From Eledone cirrhosa (Eukaryota): a stretch of DNA of 64,000 nucleotides. The notes under the pieces are model-generated. The model was not told the DNA's origin. It did no database searches and saw nothing but the letters and a program-made list of their open reading frames with translations. The translations under genes and the position numbers were made by a program. Shown in pieces: positions 25,733 through 39,731 of the stretch (within the stretch, counting starts at the first letter, position 1; each line of letters begins with the position of its first letter). The stretch spans positions 80,972,001-81,036,000 of the forward strand of contig OZ024742.1 in the NCBI GenBank assembly GCA_964016885.1. Reading direction: 5' to 3'.

Positions 25733-28700
25733 ATGGCTGTATTAAGAGTAGGAAGTTTAAATGTTCGAGGCCTGGGATCGTCCTGAAACAGGATCACCTG
25801 TTCAAAGACCTCAGGTCTCTAGAAATGGATGTAATTGCTGTCAGCGAGACCAGGATTTGCGAAAGGGGTAACCTAGCCCACATTTTCGACGACTATCAGA
25901 TCTTTGCATCTGTTAGTCGGCCGGGAATGGGAGGTGGGTTGGAAGTGTTGTAGGGAAAAGCCTGGACCTAGAGGTAAGATCGATCTTCCGGGAGACGGAC
26001 GGGAAGTTGGTGGTCCTTGACGTGAACAATAACGAAGATGGTGCCTTAAAACTGGTGGCCGTCTACGCCCCTACTGAGGCAGGACGGCCGGACTTCTTTA
26101 GACGCCTGGAAACCTTTCTTTGTACGTCTCCCTTTACTGTTAGCGAGGGATTAGAACGGCATCTTAGCCGCACGCTGGGACTGTGTGGGAGTATCCGATA
26201 GGAGGGGATGGGGGTGCGAAAGCCTCAAGAACCTGATCAGCCAAATCCAACTGTCTGACAGGTACCGACTCGATTTCCCTAATGCGCCAGTGTGGACCTG
26301 AACTAATCGCATAGGGTCATCTAGATCGTATATAGACAGGATATCCATTAGAAAAATAGACAGAAATAGTGTAAGCTGTCCACGTTTTAAAACGGTTGCC
26401 TATACAGATCACAAGTTTGTGATCTGTATGGTCGATTAGATAAGAAGCGTAGATTAGGACCTGGTTACTGGAAGCTGAATATGTCATTTCCGGCACGTAA
26501 GGCTTACAGGGACCAGGTCAACAATTTAGTTAAGAACAAGTTGACAGGGGGAGTAGTCAACAATATATGGTGGCGGAGGGGGGGTGGGGCTCTCAAAAGT
26601 GAGATTATAGTAATGTCGATAGAGTTTAGCAAAGAAGTAGCGTTAGAGAAAAATAGAAAGGCGGGGAGGGGGTTGGTAGATAGTTAGACGGGGTTCTTTG
26701 TAGTGGCATTGCAACTGACGTGCTAGCGGCGAGAATGGCATTAGACCACTTCTTCAATGCAAAACACGAAGGTTGCATTGTCAGAGCTAAGGCACGTGCT
26801 CTGATAAACGAAGGAACCAAAGCTGTTCGAAGGGCCCTCATGGCAGAGGCGCAGCGTGGTAATAAATCTACGATTCGGTCTTTGACGGACCAGGATGGAC
26901 ACGAGCTAAGCGATCCGAAGCAGATGTGTGATACCTTTCGCCAACATTTTGCTTGGTTTTTCGGGGAAAGTGGTGGGTCAGAGACGGTGGCGGACTTCAG
27001 TCCCTACCTCCATGGCTTGCCGCAAATCTCGACGGCTACCGGTGCTGGGCGCTGCGAAAGTCACCCCGTTTGGATGGTCTACCCTACGAGCTTTACGTAA
27101 ATATGCCATACTAGTTCTCCAATCACCTCGAAGCGCTCTACTGCAACTGGCAGCAGAACGGGGCGTAGTGACGCTGATAGCGAAAGACGGGAACAAGAGG
27201 GATACGTTAGACAATTTCGGACCCATACGTCTGCTCACACAGAGTTTAAGATTTTGGTCAGGGTGTTAGCGAAGAAGTGGGCGCTTGCCGTCGGGGATTT
27301 GGTTGGAGAGGCGCAAACATGCGCAATCCCAACCAGGTCCATACACGACAACCTCCACCTGATGCGATAAATCATACAGAGGGTAGGGTGAAAATCTGGC
27401 TTGGGGGGGGGGGTGATCAATTTAGATCAATCGAAAGCATTCGATAGGGTCGACCATCGGTACCTTGAGGCTGTCCTCAAGGTGGCCGGCTTCGGCCCCG
27501 TCTTCAGAAGCCGGATCGCTGCAATGAACAGCGGCACCTGCTCGGTGTTCAAAATTAATGGACACCTCTCGGAACCGATTCAGGTCTCCCGATCGGTCCG
27601 TCAAGGGTGCCTTCTCTCCTCCCTTCTGTACGTATTGACTCTCAAGCCTTTACTGCGGAAGCTGGATCTGTTGCAGGGCATCCCGCTCGTACTGAGACGC
27701 GAAAAGGATGTGTCGGCTTATGCGGACGACATCACCGTGATGGCGTCGGACACCTCTGAAATCGAGGTTGTCGGCAACTTATTGGAGGGATATGAAAGGT
27801 TGACGGGTGCAAAACTTAACCCGGAAAAGTCGGTGGGCTTGCAAATCGGCACCTGGAGAGGCAAGTCCATGCCTTCCAACAGCATCGTTAGGCGCTGGAC
27901 AGACGGACCGATAAAGTTGCTCGGGGTCTGGTTCGGGCCAGACCTCCAGGTGGATAAGAATTGGGACGATGCGACGGGCAGGGTAGCCAGTCTCACCCAG
28001 AAATGGGCTGCGAGAAAGTTATCACTGAAATGTCGGGTGGAGGTGGCGAATGCATGCATGGCGTCCGTCATCTACTACCGTCTGACCGTCGTCACTTGTC
28101 CCCATTCGCGCCTTGCCATCTTGGAGCGGCTCCTCTTCAAATTTTTGTGGAGGGGTCAGGTTCCGTTAGTGAGGCGGCTCATCTACTGGAGGGCTGGGCA
28201 TGCCGTGGCTAATGATGCGCAGACACGTGCTGAGGCTGCGGCATCTCGAGATATTCTGCCTAAACGGTGAACACGTGTGGTCGCCGTTTGTCAGACGGGC
28301 CTTTCCGCACCTCGTTTCTTTGACTGAGCTGCTGTCCTGGGTCAAGAAGAGACCGAGACTGGGTGAATGACATCTGGAATGTTGCCAGTCACTTACTACC
28401 AGCTACCAGGCGGGCAATGCTCTCAGTGGAACTTGCAATCTCGAGTTCTATACAGAATTAGTGGTGGGCATGTGCGACGACGCACCCGGTTAGGCTCTGG
28501 GCGTCGACAAAGTCGAACTGACCAGTATGTCCGGAGGACTTTTGGGTCGCGAACGACTGATAATTTCCAAAACTCCCTCGCTTGGCAGTGCTACCGGGAG
28601 GTCTGCTGGTTCTAGATAAACGCTACAGGCACGGAAGTGCTGTCAGACAGACCTGCCCGAGATGTGCGCAGAGCGACGAAACCGTTCTGCAAGCACTCCT

Positions 28701-29054
28701 CCAGTCTCCGTGCATTACTGACTTGTGGATTTATGTCGAACAGCTGTTGTCGTGTGTAGAACGGATCCGGCTATCGGCCGAGTCCCGCCGTCTTCTTTTG
28801 GCCAGGAAGGGCAGGGAATTTTCCTCTGTCTGGTGGCAGTAGCGAAAGAGTTTGTATGATGGACGAGGTTGAAAGGGCTGAAGACAGAGACTTTTCTCTT
28901 CAGTCAATCCCTCATCAACTCTTTCAAGTTTCACTTGGAAAGGAAGGTGAGGGTGGAGAGAGAAGTGTTGCCCACCAGTACATTTGCTGAAATGTGGGTG
29001 AATGTGGCGAGAATGGCCCGTGTGAGTGGGCCTACTTTGGTCATGCGCCAGTAG
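25733..29054 (+). pseudogene. LINE ORF2 (APE endonuclease, RT, C-terminal Zn finger)
   Basis: MAVLRVGSLNVRGL, LVAVYAP, YTDHK, GYWKLN, LDQSKAFDRVDH, VRQGCLLSSLLY, AYADD, CPRC...ETV. Multiple stops and frameshifts. Confidence 0.93.
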
Positions 29055-30162
29055 GTTGGTAAATTAGAGGAGGAGAGGGGTGCCGTACCAGGGTGCTCTC
29101 GAAGCGCAGGGTCGTTCAGGATTGGTGGGGTATCTGAGAAAACCCTGGCTGGTCATAACCCCCTATTGGAGATTTTTCTTGTTGTATTTTCATTGATACA
29201 TTGTTATTGTTATATTGTTTACTCGATTTTTCTGTAAAACCCCACTGTCCCAGTCTTTTGTATTGTCCTCTATATGTCGGCCTTGTGGCCAATAAATGAA
29301 ATCATTATTATGATTAGTATCAGCAGTAGTAGTAGTAGTTTGAAGAGAAAAGGCAAATCAATTAAGTTTCCATAAAAGTTATGTGAAAATGTTTAACATG
29401 CAATAGTAGATTATATTTGTTACTAATGACATCAACATTCTCAAAAGCAGACAGCACAATAATGCCCGAACGATATCCTATTCATGTTTAACTTACTAAC
29501 CTAACATACTTTCTTTTTCAGAGATCTCCAATTAGTGATTCACTTTCGTGTAAAATGTAACTGGCTGGAGACGGTTTGTGATTTTCAGTTTTAAAAGAGA
29601 CAATATTGTTTTCGATTTAGAAGTCGACTTTTAATTCAAATATTTTAAAGACATATTTGTTTGGTTTTTGGCTGTTAAAATGTGTGTGTTTTTTAAATTT
29701 AATTATATCATGCCCTTTGTGATAAGTAGCCCCGTTGTTAATAGGTTTCCAAACGAGCCAATCACTGGCTCACTGCATATATGATGGGCAAAAAGCAAAG
29801 GAATATCTCGGCAAATCAAGTGGAATAAATCTTGGCACTAATATATCTCTATCGACAAATTTCTTGTCGATATATACATGTAATTACACACGCAGAACCC
29901 CCCCCCCCCCCCCCCCCACACACACACACATACACACATACAATTACACACTCACACAGAAAAACAGAGACATAGATACACAAGGAAACACACATGCGCA
30001 CACACAAAGACACGTACGTGAGCATTTTCAATCAATAATGCACTTACACACATACACACAGAGATATATACACAAATCTATGCATGAATGTTTGTGGGTG
30101 GATACACACACACAGGTATACAGGCAGACAGGCAGGCAGGCCCGACAGGCAGACAGGCAGGC

Positions 30163-30260
<98 letters not shown>

Positions 30261-30377
30261 CTATATCTATATATATATATATATATATATATAGGATTCA
30301 TTATTATTTGTTCTTACACACTGTTATCTCAGTTGAGGTATCACCGAGTTTACCTTTGAACATTTTCATATATATAG

Positions 30378-30493
30378 ATAATTGTTTCTACTTTAGGCAC
30401 AAGGCCAGCAAATACCCAGTGCATTACTGGTACTTTATTTTATCGACCTCGTAAGGATGAAAGGCAAAGTCAAGCACCGCGGGATTTGAACTC
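30378..30493 (-). mobile_element. SINE fragment
   Basis: Reverse complement of the same core and tail as 12240-12362. Confidence 0.78.
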
Positions 30494-31454
30494 ATATATA
30501 TAGATAATGAACTAAACCCGGTATAGGTGAATTAGCCATATTACTATAGCCAGACGTGATCCTTTGTTCTATTTCCTGTGCTTCTGTGTGTTGGATGATC
30601 AAATCACGTATCCACCTGAAAGTAATGAGGGACCGATGGAGACATTGTTTGCACTTTCCAAAGTGACTAGCAGATTTTTGAGCATATTTGTATTCAGTGT
30701 TTGGCAAATCCTGCACTAACAAAGTTTTAAATAAACGAGATCTTCATGTAATCAAGACTTTGGCTAATAGCCTCACAAAATATGGATAGGTACTCTTCTG
30801 CATGAGGTGATCTGTTTAGGTTATGTCGCTACTGTTTACTTACCTGTCTCATTTTTGTATTTCTCTTGCAAGAGTCATGTTCACCCGACTTGAATCAGAG
30901 GGGTTCATCCGGTGTAGATGCTTGGAATTGGTACATGTATTCGTTTGTTTTGCCAGTATAGGTGGTGAAACTGTATGCCTTCGAGATACGCAAAACTAGA
31001 GGACGCGAAGAAGGTTCTTGACAGTTTCTCCGTAATCAGCAAATATCGGTTTCCCTTATGATATATTTGATAGGTTTCTGTAATATGTCGAAGCTTTCGC
31101 GAAGGCATAGCTTATATTAGTGGACTCAAGTGTTGTAAAGGGGTGCACTGTCTATGATAATCAATAGGATATACGGAATAGTGTTCACTTGATCCGGGAG
31201 CTTGTACATAAAAAGTATATATTAAGAAAAAAAAATTCCCCGCTTCTGTACCCCCAAAGTTTATGCAAGCTGATTAAATTACTCTTAGAAACTGAAAGGC
31301 ATTATACTTCTACTGCATGCTCTTTGGTGATGTACGTTTCTCTGCAGTCAAAGGTTGATGCGCTGAATGAAACAGTGGAAGATTGGCATGCGTTTGGTAT
31401 ATATATATCTATATATCTATATCTATATCTATATCTATATATATTTATTTATTT

Positions 31455-32090
31455 ATTAAAATAACAGATTAAAGTTTAAGCAAAGAATAACTGCTTTCAC
31501 CCTTAAAAGGATCTTCTGAAAAAAATCAATCTATGAACGCAGAAGTAAATATTTCGAAAAACGTTACAACACGGGTATGTTCTTTGTAGAAATATTGAGA
31601 TGTTATTTATGCATGATGAATATAAGTCAATTGAGTGCTCAACCGAGGGAGCCAAATAGTAATAATAATAAATTTGAAGACTAAAATCCAAAGAGGGCTC
31701 GATAAGCATAAACATATATCAAATATATAAGAACCCTAGAGCAAATATTTATTAAAAGAACATATTAAAATTTAAGTAAAGAATCGCTGCTTCACTCTGA
31801 ACGGGATCTTTTGAAAAAAATCAATCTATGAACGCAGAAGTAAATATTTCGAAAAAACGTTGCGACACGTGTATGTTCTTTTTAAAAATATTGAAATGTT
31901 ATTTCTGCATGATGAATATAAGTCAATAGAGTGCTCAACCGAAGGAGCCAAATAGTAATAATAATAAATTTGAAGACTAAAATCCAATGAGGGCTCGATA
32001 AGCATAAATATATATCAAATATGGATATAAGAACGCTAGAGCAAATATTCATTAAAATAACAGATTAAAGTTTAAGCAAATAAGCGCTGC
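31455..32090 (-). repeat. ~300-bp tandem repeat (2+ units) with decayed hammerhead-like motif
   Basis: Units start at 31455, 31751 and 32051. The minus strand has CAGAAGA-TCCTTTTAAGGGT-GAAA-GCAG-TTA and ends CTGTTATTTT next to a TA-rich tract. Confidence 0.8.
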
Positions 32091-32106
32091 TCTCCTGGGT
32101 TGAGCA

Positions 32107-32237
32107 CTCTGTACGTTCCGAGATCAAATCCTGCCTAGGTTAACTTTGCTTTTCACCTTCACGGTGTCGATAAAATGAAGAACCAGTAATGCATTGGAAT
32201 AATTGTTGGACTTGTGCCAAAAGTAGAAACGATTATT
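32107..32237 (+). mobile_element. SINE fragment
   Basis: GATCAAATCCTGCCTAGGTTAACTTTGCTTTTCACCTTCACGGTGTCGATAAAATG...CTTGTGCCAAAAGTAGAAACGATTATT. Confidence 0.75.
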
Positions 32238-32360
32238 GAAAGCCTCTGGATTTCTCAAAATACTTAATATTTTTTATTGCAGATGGTAAGATATTTTTCC
32301 GCAAAAAATGTTATTGCACTGTTTTTTTTACAATTATATATTTTTTGAAAATGTTACTTA

Positions 32361-33579
32361 TCTATAAAACTGAGGATGCCTGTTTGTGTGTGTGTGAGTT
32401 TGAATCCGTAAAACTCAAGAACCACCCAACCGACTGCTTTCAAACTTTACACATATAATACTTATGTTTCAAGGAGTGTTCTGAACAAAACAAACATTTC
32501 AAATTGTCAATGCCCTAGGGACCGCATTAGGCGATTTAGCGATCTCTCTCTATAATTCTTAGTCTTTCTCTTTTTAGATAGATACATACATATAACGTCG
32601 CGCCCTTATAATATCTGTCTGTATGTCTGACTGTCTGCATTACGTCACTTCCCTCAGGATGTATGTGTGTGTGTGGAGGGGTGGGGATCTGTGTGTTTCA
32701 ATCCCTAAAACACGAAGTACCTAACCGACCATTTTGAAACTTTACATGTGTATTACTTATGTTTCAGGGAGTGTTATGTACATAAAAAAATTCAACTTTT
32801 TAATCCTCTAGTGTCCGCATTAGTTGAAAAACTGCGTGTTTTCAGGTGTTTAGGGTTTTTTGGAGTCATTACGTCAGAATTATGTCCTTGAAATTGTAAC
32901 TATTTATTAGTCGGTCTCTTCTTCATATTGTGAGCAAAGAAAATCCAACTTTTTTATGATCTAGGGACCGCATTAGTTGAAATACTGCGCTTTTTCAGGT
33001 TTTAATGTTTTTTTTAGTCATTATGTTAGACCTATGTCCTTGAAATTGTAACTATGTATTACTCAGTCTCATTTTTATATCGTGAGCAAAGAAAATCCAA
33101 CTTTTTTATGGTCTAGGGCCTGCATTAGTTGAAAAAACTGCGTTTTTTTAGGCTTTTAGTGGTTTTTTTAGTCATTACGTCAGACCTATGTCCTTGAAAT
33201 TGTAACTATGTATTAGTCAGTCTCTTCGTCATACCGTGAGCAAAGAAAATCCAACCTTTTATGGATTAGGGCCAGCATTAGGTGGAAAACTTCATTTTTT
33301 CAGGTTTTAAGGGTTTTTTTAAGGCGTTACATCTAGCCGATTTTCCCGAAATTTCAAGGCATATTGTGCAAAAATCAATTTTCCTGATCGTCCTAGGGCA
33401 TTAGGTGAAAACCTGCATTTTTCCTGATTTTTTTTACTGCATTTTTCTTGAAGATTATCCAGCCATCAGAGCATTCGGTTTATTTTCTTTACATATTGTA
33501 CACGCAGGCAGTTTTTCCACGATTGGAAGCCTGCGTTCCAAAATACCTTATCCCGTGCAACGCCGAGTACCACTGCTAG
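32361..33579 (+). mobile_element. Non-autonomous Helitron with internal ~155-bp tandem repeats
   Basis: 5' TCTATAAAACTGAGG, 3' CCCGTGCAACGCCGAG...CTAG, A|T target. Internal unit (...GCATTAGTTGAAA...GAGCAAAGAAAATCCAAC) repeated about 3 times at 32810-33300. Same family as 3514-4138. Confidence 0.88.
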
Positions 33580-34009
33580 TACATTATAAATATTAAATGG
33601 TAGCATTATATATGTAGGTGACGTGGGCCCCTTTCATCTCCTGGCAACCAATATGTTTAGACCCAGCCCGCCAATATATATATATATATGTATATATATA
33701 TACGATTGGAAGTTTAGTAAAATCGAAGTGCTGAGGGTCGACCAAACTCCGTGATGGAACAAAAATTCGGATTTGCACGAAGATCTCAATAAGAAATTAT
33801 CGATAAATTGATAGGCTACACCCTAGATTTATAGTTAGAGTTACAAATTAAAAACTGTGATTAAGGGGACAAAGCCGCAGAAGCCGCCACAACAAAAAAA
33901 ATATAATCAGGTTAAATAACAAACCTGGACCGTTTCATAGGATGTCATATGATTCCCTCGATTGGTTTCTATGAAACGAAATTTAGCAATCCGACTTGCA
34001 CAATATGCA

Positions 34010-34480
34010 GGTTTCCTCTTAGACCCGTGTGAAGTGTAGCAGTAAACTACTATTGTAGTAGCAGACACTGCTTCGCTGTCACGTGTTCATTCTTTCATCA
34101 GAAGAAGGAACATCCGGGTTTTGGCGGGAAATTCAAAATGGGAACAAAGAAATTGATTTTGTTCGACATGCCGAATAAGAAAGCTCTCAACCAGAGTTAT
34201 TAAACAAACATAAATAATTATCAATCAATGGATTCATCTAATTAAATTAATTAATTAATTATTAGATCTAGGAGGGAATAATACAATTGGAAGGTTAGCG
34301 AAATCGATGCTGTGGCTCTCGGCCATCATCCGCGATAGAACAAAATTCGGATTCGCCCGAAGCACTCACGTTATCAGTAGGTTTCCGTTCTCTGCCTTAG
34401 ACCGGTGTGAAGTGTAGCAGTAAATTACTACTGCAGTAGCAGACACTGCTTCGCTTTCACATGTTCATTCTCCATCAGAT
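34010..34480. repeat. ~90-bp direct repeat pair
   Basis: TAGACC.GTGTGAAGTGTAGCAGTAAA...GTTCATTCT..CATCAGA occurs at ~34020-34101 and ~34397-34479. Confidence 0.8.
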
Positions 34481-35472
34481 GTTTACATATGTGTGTGCAT
34501 GATTATGCATGTGTATGGGATTCGGAAAGTATGCCCGTTACGAGCCATACTTAGTAATTCTAAAATGCCAACATCTACTGGAGTATTGTAACTTAACCCA
34601 TCTATCAACGTGTGACATAACAATGATGGGATTGGTCTTTTATAAGTGGATGCAATCAGCGGATGTATTTAGGCATCACGTGACACATCCTTAACACACA
34701 TCTCAGGCAGAATGTATGTGATATAATATGTGTTCATTTTTTATATTTGAATTCGATGTATCTTCTCTGCGATGATATATTTAGACAGGTGTGATTTGAA
34801 CTGAAAGCAAGTTGGAATATTTTACCTAACAACAAGAACTTAGTCTCACACCAATATGTGATACCACATAGGAGAACATGTTTAGCGAAATGTGGCGTTT
34901 TTATGTAGCAGGTTCATGTCTATGAAACATTATTGTTTTTTCTATGAATGATGTATAAGATTTCCGCGATAACTTTGATGTTTATGGCTTAATTCAGTCT
35001 TACGTGAGCAAAATTTATACAGAATGTATGTAGTGATATATAATTTAAGAGAAACATATGTATATCGATACAGAGGAGCAGATGGTGTATGGAAGTGAAT
35101 TAACATAATCACATGCACGGTAGTCACTTTATTAATATTCAATAGGAATCTCTGAAAATTTTCAAACTAACCCCATACAAAATCTGTTGATCTATTTATT
35201 CGCAACATATATTTAACAATGCCAAAAATTCCTGCTGACCCAGATGAATATATTTACTGACATATAGCATCTCTTATATATATAATTATGGACTTATGAA
35301 TATATACACATGCAATGTGTTCAGATCATTCGCAAAAATGAAACTGTAACTACAGGTTTGATTTGTCTATATCTCATTCGAAGAAAAAGGGTGAAAAACA
35401 TCATTGAATTCAATGTAAGTGATTCTAAATATTAATAAATGCTAATACTTAATATATTGTTAATAGATGTAC

Positions 35473-35535
<63 letters not shown>

Positions 35536-35917
35536 CGTGTGATGGTGTGAATGTGTGAATAATTATATATATATATATATATATGTTTTGAATGACCAAA
35601 AACAACAGAAATCAGGGCAGTAGTCGATGCAATGATGGGGGCGTGGGCAGAGTGGTTATGTTAATGAGGTAGAGTTTCAAGGGCGGGCTCGAGTCTTTTC
35701 GTCTATGGTCGTTCGCCTAAACCACTGGATATCGCAGTCGGAACGCCACCTTATTAATGAATATACACTCACCCCAAAACACACTCATACTCACATACCC
35801 ACCTACATATCTCTATCTATCTCTCTATCTCTCTATATATTTCTATATATATAAATGTATGCCTGATGTATATATATATATATATATTTATTATGTGTGT
35901 GTGTGTGTTTGTATGTT

Positions 35918-36025
<108 letters not shown>

Positions 36026-36606
36026 TGTATCCCGGGTACATTGAGGATAACCACGGTAAGTAAGGTACTCAATATTTAGCAGAGTATAAATATTTAATAT
36101 AGGAAAGGCTTCTACATATATATATATATATACATATTCGTTAAAACAACAATAGAAGGCCAGATAGGAATATGTACCTTAGAATTGTAATTCCGCGAAA
36201 GCATTATACATATTTCTGAGGTCAAAACCTTTCATCTGATTATAATGCAAGACTTCATGATTTTGTCAGGTATTATTTGCGTAAATATATAACAGGACTA
36301 CGTTGAACCGAAAAAGAGAATGGAAAGATAGAAGGATAGAAAAATAGAAAAGTGTGGATCGATTTGCTTCTGACACAGCCTCACAATTCGCTGCTATCAA
36401 TGGCAAAGGTTCCAACAAATGTATATATATGCGACTAGCAGTGAGCATATACAAATATCGATATACAGATGTAAACTCTATTCGATCGTTATATTTTTCC
36501 TGTTTGTTCTGTTCAAATTCTAGCGGTCGTATAAGATCATAGCTGTTGCATCGAAATATATATAACAGTGAATATGAAGGTAATTTTTACCTGTTGACTT
36601 ACTATA

Positions 36607-36665
<59 letters not shown>

Positions 36666-36679
36666 TTGTGTAGATAAAT

Positions 36680-39339
36680 CTACCAACATATACGGTCGTG
36701 TCCAATCCGTATGAAGAACTCAATGTAATCCAAATATAGAAGATATCATTAAAAGAGAAGATGCATTCACAAATTTACGATAAAAATCATATGAAAACGT
36801 TCTTTTTATTAAAACATGCATCATTTTACTATCGTTTCTGGGATGTATATGTGTGTTGGTATGTATATCATATAGATCTATGTAAACATATTACACATTA
36901 TCAGAGGAAATATACATACCTTTCCATATACATGCCGTCCTCAGAAATGATGAGATGTGTTTATTGAAAAAAACAAAGAATTAATATAAAGGGTCTGTTT
37001 GGGAATAGGTTTTGAATTGACCAATAGAAAAAGGAGTTAGAGGTCAAGTTGATAGAATGACGGTAGTAGAAATTAAATCTAGGGTATAGGGTTCAGACTT
37101 ATGCTTTAAATGAAAAGAATACTGTGGAGTTGAAATGAGATCAAGTCAAGAAGATAGTGAAGGGTACACGAAAATGTGATGTTATTAAATAATATTGTTA
37201 AAAATGAAGGAAAATAACATGTAACGGTAAGGGTATTAGTAAGAAATACCTATCTTATTTAAACCACAAGGTATCTAGATATATAACAAGTAATTAAATT
37301 AATTGATCGGTGTACTTGGATAAAGTTATACTAATTTATATGAATATGATAAATAAAAACTTGATGTTATTAAAGAGTGTTGTTAAAAACGAAGGAAAAT
37401 AAAATTTTGGGATAAGGGTATTATTGAGAAATACCAATCTTATTAAACTACAAGGGATCTAAATACATATCCGGAAATTAAATTAATTTATAGGTATACT
37501 TACATGGATAAAATTATATTAATTCATATGAATGTGATAAATAAAGAAGTAAGAAATTAAAGCATTAAAAAAAGATAAATATATGGAAAAACTGAAGTAG
37601 ATAAAAAATGTTTGTTATAAAGAGTATTGTATCTATACGTCATTGATGATATTAAAGATATTAATTATATCCACTAATCATAGGTATTAAATGTGATAAA
37701 TAGGGGATGCGAATAAATGAAGTAGTGTGGTTAAAAATAAGTTTAGGAAAAGAGAGCTGTAAGAGGGAAATAAAAATATGAAGTTTTCTGCAGTAAAATA
37801 CTAATTATAGGTTAACTAAATTAAACAAACCAATTATAATAATTTGTAAACTATAAGTGTAAGGTGTATATTAATTAGGTTTATAATATTTGAATGTTCT
37901 TCTAATTTCTATGATTGCAAGATATAAGTAATTCATGTCGCTTATTTAATAGGATATCCTTAGATTTCATGATTTCAAAAAGTTCTAGGGAACATAACCT
38001 ACACTCGTATCTGCTATTTTGATAAAATGTGGCCCTTTTGAGCACGCTCCAGGTCAGGTTGTAATCGATGTTCTTCTTTCTATAATTATTAATGTTTCAG
38101 CCAAGGATGTTGTATTAGCTAATGCGGCATTTTAAAAACTATGTTTGTGGGTATTAAATCTTACTTTAAATTGGTTAGACATAGCTCCTATATATGAATA
38201 AGTGGAGTCCTTAGTTCTAACATTACATTTATAGACTATGTTATTAATAAGACAATAAGACAATTTCCCTTTAATGGGCAATTTATTTTGATTCTACAGT
38301 TACAAACATTCGTGAATAATATGTCAGGGGAGTTAGTTAAATCTGGTGTGGAAGTAACAGGACTTGTTATAGGTGAAAAAGATGGTGGTTTGTTATGGTT
38401 TATTTCAGTATTATTATAGTTGGTTTGATGTGTTGGTGGTATATTTATAGATTTTTTTACACTTATATTCTGTTGTGGGCCTCTTGTGGGCCTCTTTCTT
38501 CTATTTAACATTAATTCATCTTTTCCCCACCTTAAAATTGGTTTATATCGTGAGGACTTTCTTCTTCTATCCACCAATGTTAGCCTATCAGAAATTGAAT
38601 GAAATGAAAAAGTTATTAGAACTTTCCTCAACGACTATTATAATCTCACTATTACAATTGAAAACACCAGTAAAATAGTCAATTTCCTAGATATAACTTT
38701 GGACCTATCTACGGGTATCTACCAACCTTACCATAAACCTAACCAAAACTTTATTAACCTATTATATATAGGTTTAGTTAGATTAACTGATTTAGGTGTT
38801 TTAGTCTGATTACTAGGAATGTTGTTGGTAATGGTGTTAACATATGTTGGAGTATTAGGATAAATGGTTTTTTTAAAGTCATTATATTTTATGTGAGAAG
38901 AGGTAGAGAAATTAAGTTTTAGGTTGGTGTTTTTAGGTGTAGTATGAGTGGCATTTAGGTGTGGGTTTTTCATTTGGTGTTTGTTGGTAATATTGGGTTG
39001 TATGTTTGAAATATTATTGGTGCATTGTATGTATACTAATTTGTTTTTGTGGCCGCTTCTAGCTAAAGCTTCGTTATAAAAGGGCTCGTGTTTATCGAAT
39101 ATATCCTGATTTGATGAAAGGTTAGAGATCCTGAGTGAGATGTTATATGATAGATTTTTAAGGATAGATCTAGGGTGATTGGATTGTGAGTGTATGTAAT
39201 GCGAGTTTTGGTTAGGTTTATGGTAAGGTTGGTAGATTCCCGTAGATAGGTCCAAAGCTATATCTAGGAAATTGACTATTTTATTGGTGTTTTCAAATGT
39301 AATAGCGAGATTATAATAGTATTTGAGGAAAGTTCTAAC

Positions 39340-39340
<1 letters not shown>
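36680..39340 (-). mobile_element. Penelope-like element, Naiad-type, 5'-truncated and rearranged
   Basis: RT thumb NFLDI..DL.TG.YQPYHKPN...YIH.QSNHP.SILKN. GIY-YIG remnant CNCRIKINCPLKGNCL..NIVYKC...YIG...CRLCSLE...LLNKRHELL.SCNH at ~37900-38330. Long AT-rich 3' UTR with a hammerhead. Confidence 0.85.
36819..36952 (-). ncRNA. Type I hammerhead ribozyme motif with long stem II
   Basis: Minus strand: CATCATTT-CTGAGGA-stem II (ATGTATATG/CATATACAT)-GAAA-CGATAG-TA-AAATGATG, with a perfect 8-bp stem I. Confidence 0.8.
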
Positions 39341-39684
<344 letters not shown>

Positions 39685-39731
39685 ATATATATGTATATAT
39701 ATATATACAAGTATAAACACACACACACATA

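Larger units (their letters stand above)
23700..29320 (+). mobile_element. Near full-length Tx1/L1-clade LINE copy 2
   Basis: ORF1 with zinc knuckle and ORF2 APE-RT-Zn remnants. 3' UTR ends GGCCTTGTGGCCAATAAATGAAATC(ATT)n-like. Confidence 0.92.

Noticed and set aside
30500-31200. Possible host exon or LINE remnant
   Set aside because: No recognisable motif or sustained reading frame.
32810-33300. Regularly spaced repeats as a CRISPR-like array
   Set aside because: Whole units are repeated with no unique spacers. They are internal tandem repeats of a eukaryotic Helitron.
34010-34102. Minus-strand CTGATGA...GAAAC as a hammerhead
   Set aside because: Stem I does not pair, and the second copy has a mutated core.
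34118-34140. E2F/CHR-like motif TTTTGGCGGGAAATTCAAA (also CCAAT/E2F-like motifs at 58190-58285)
   Set aside because: Short motifs lying within repeat-like sequence, with no supportable downstream gene.
35636-35750. tRNA-like A/B-box remnants
   Set aside because: Too degenerate, and no cloverleaf can be drawn.
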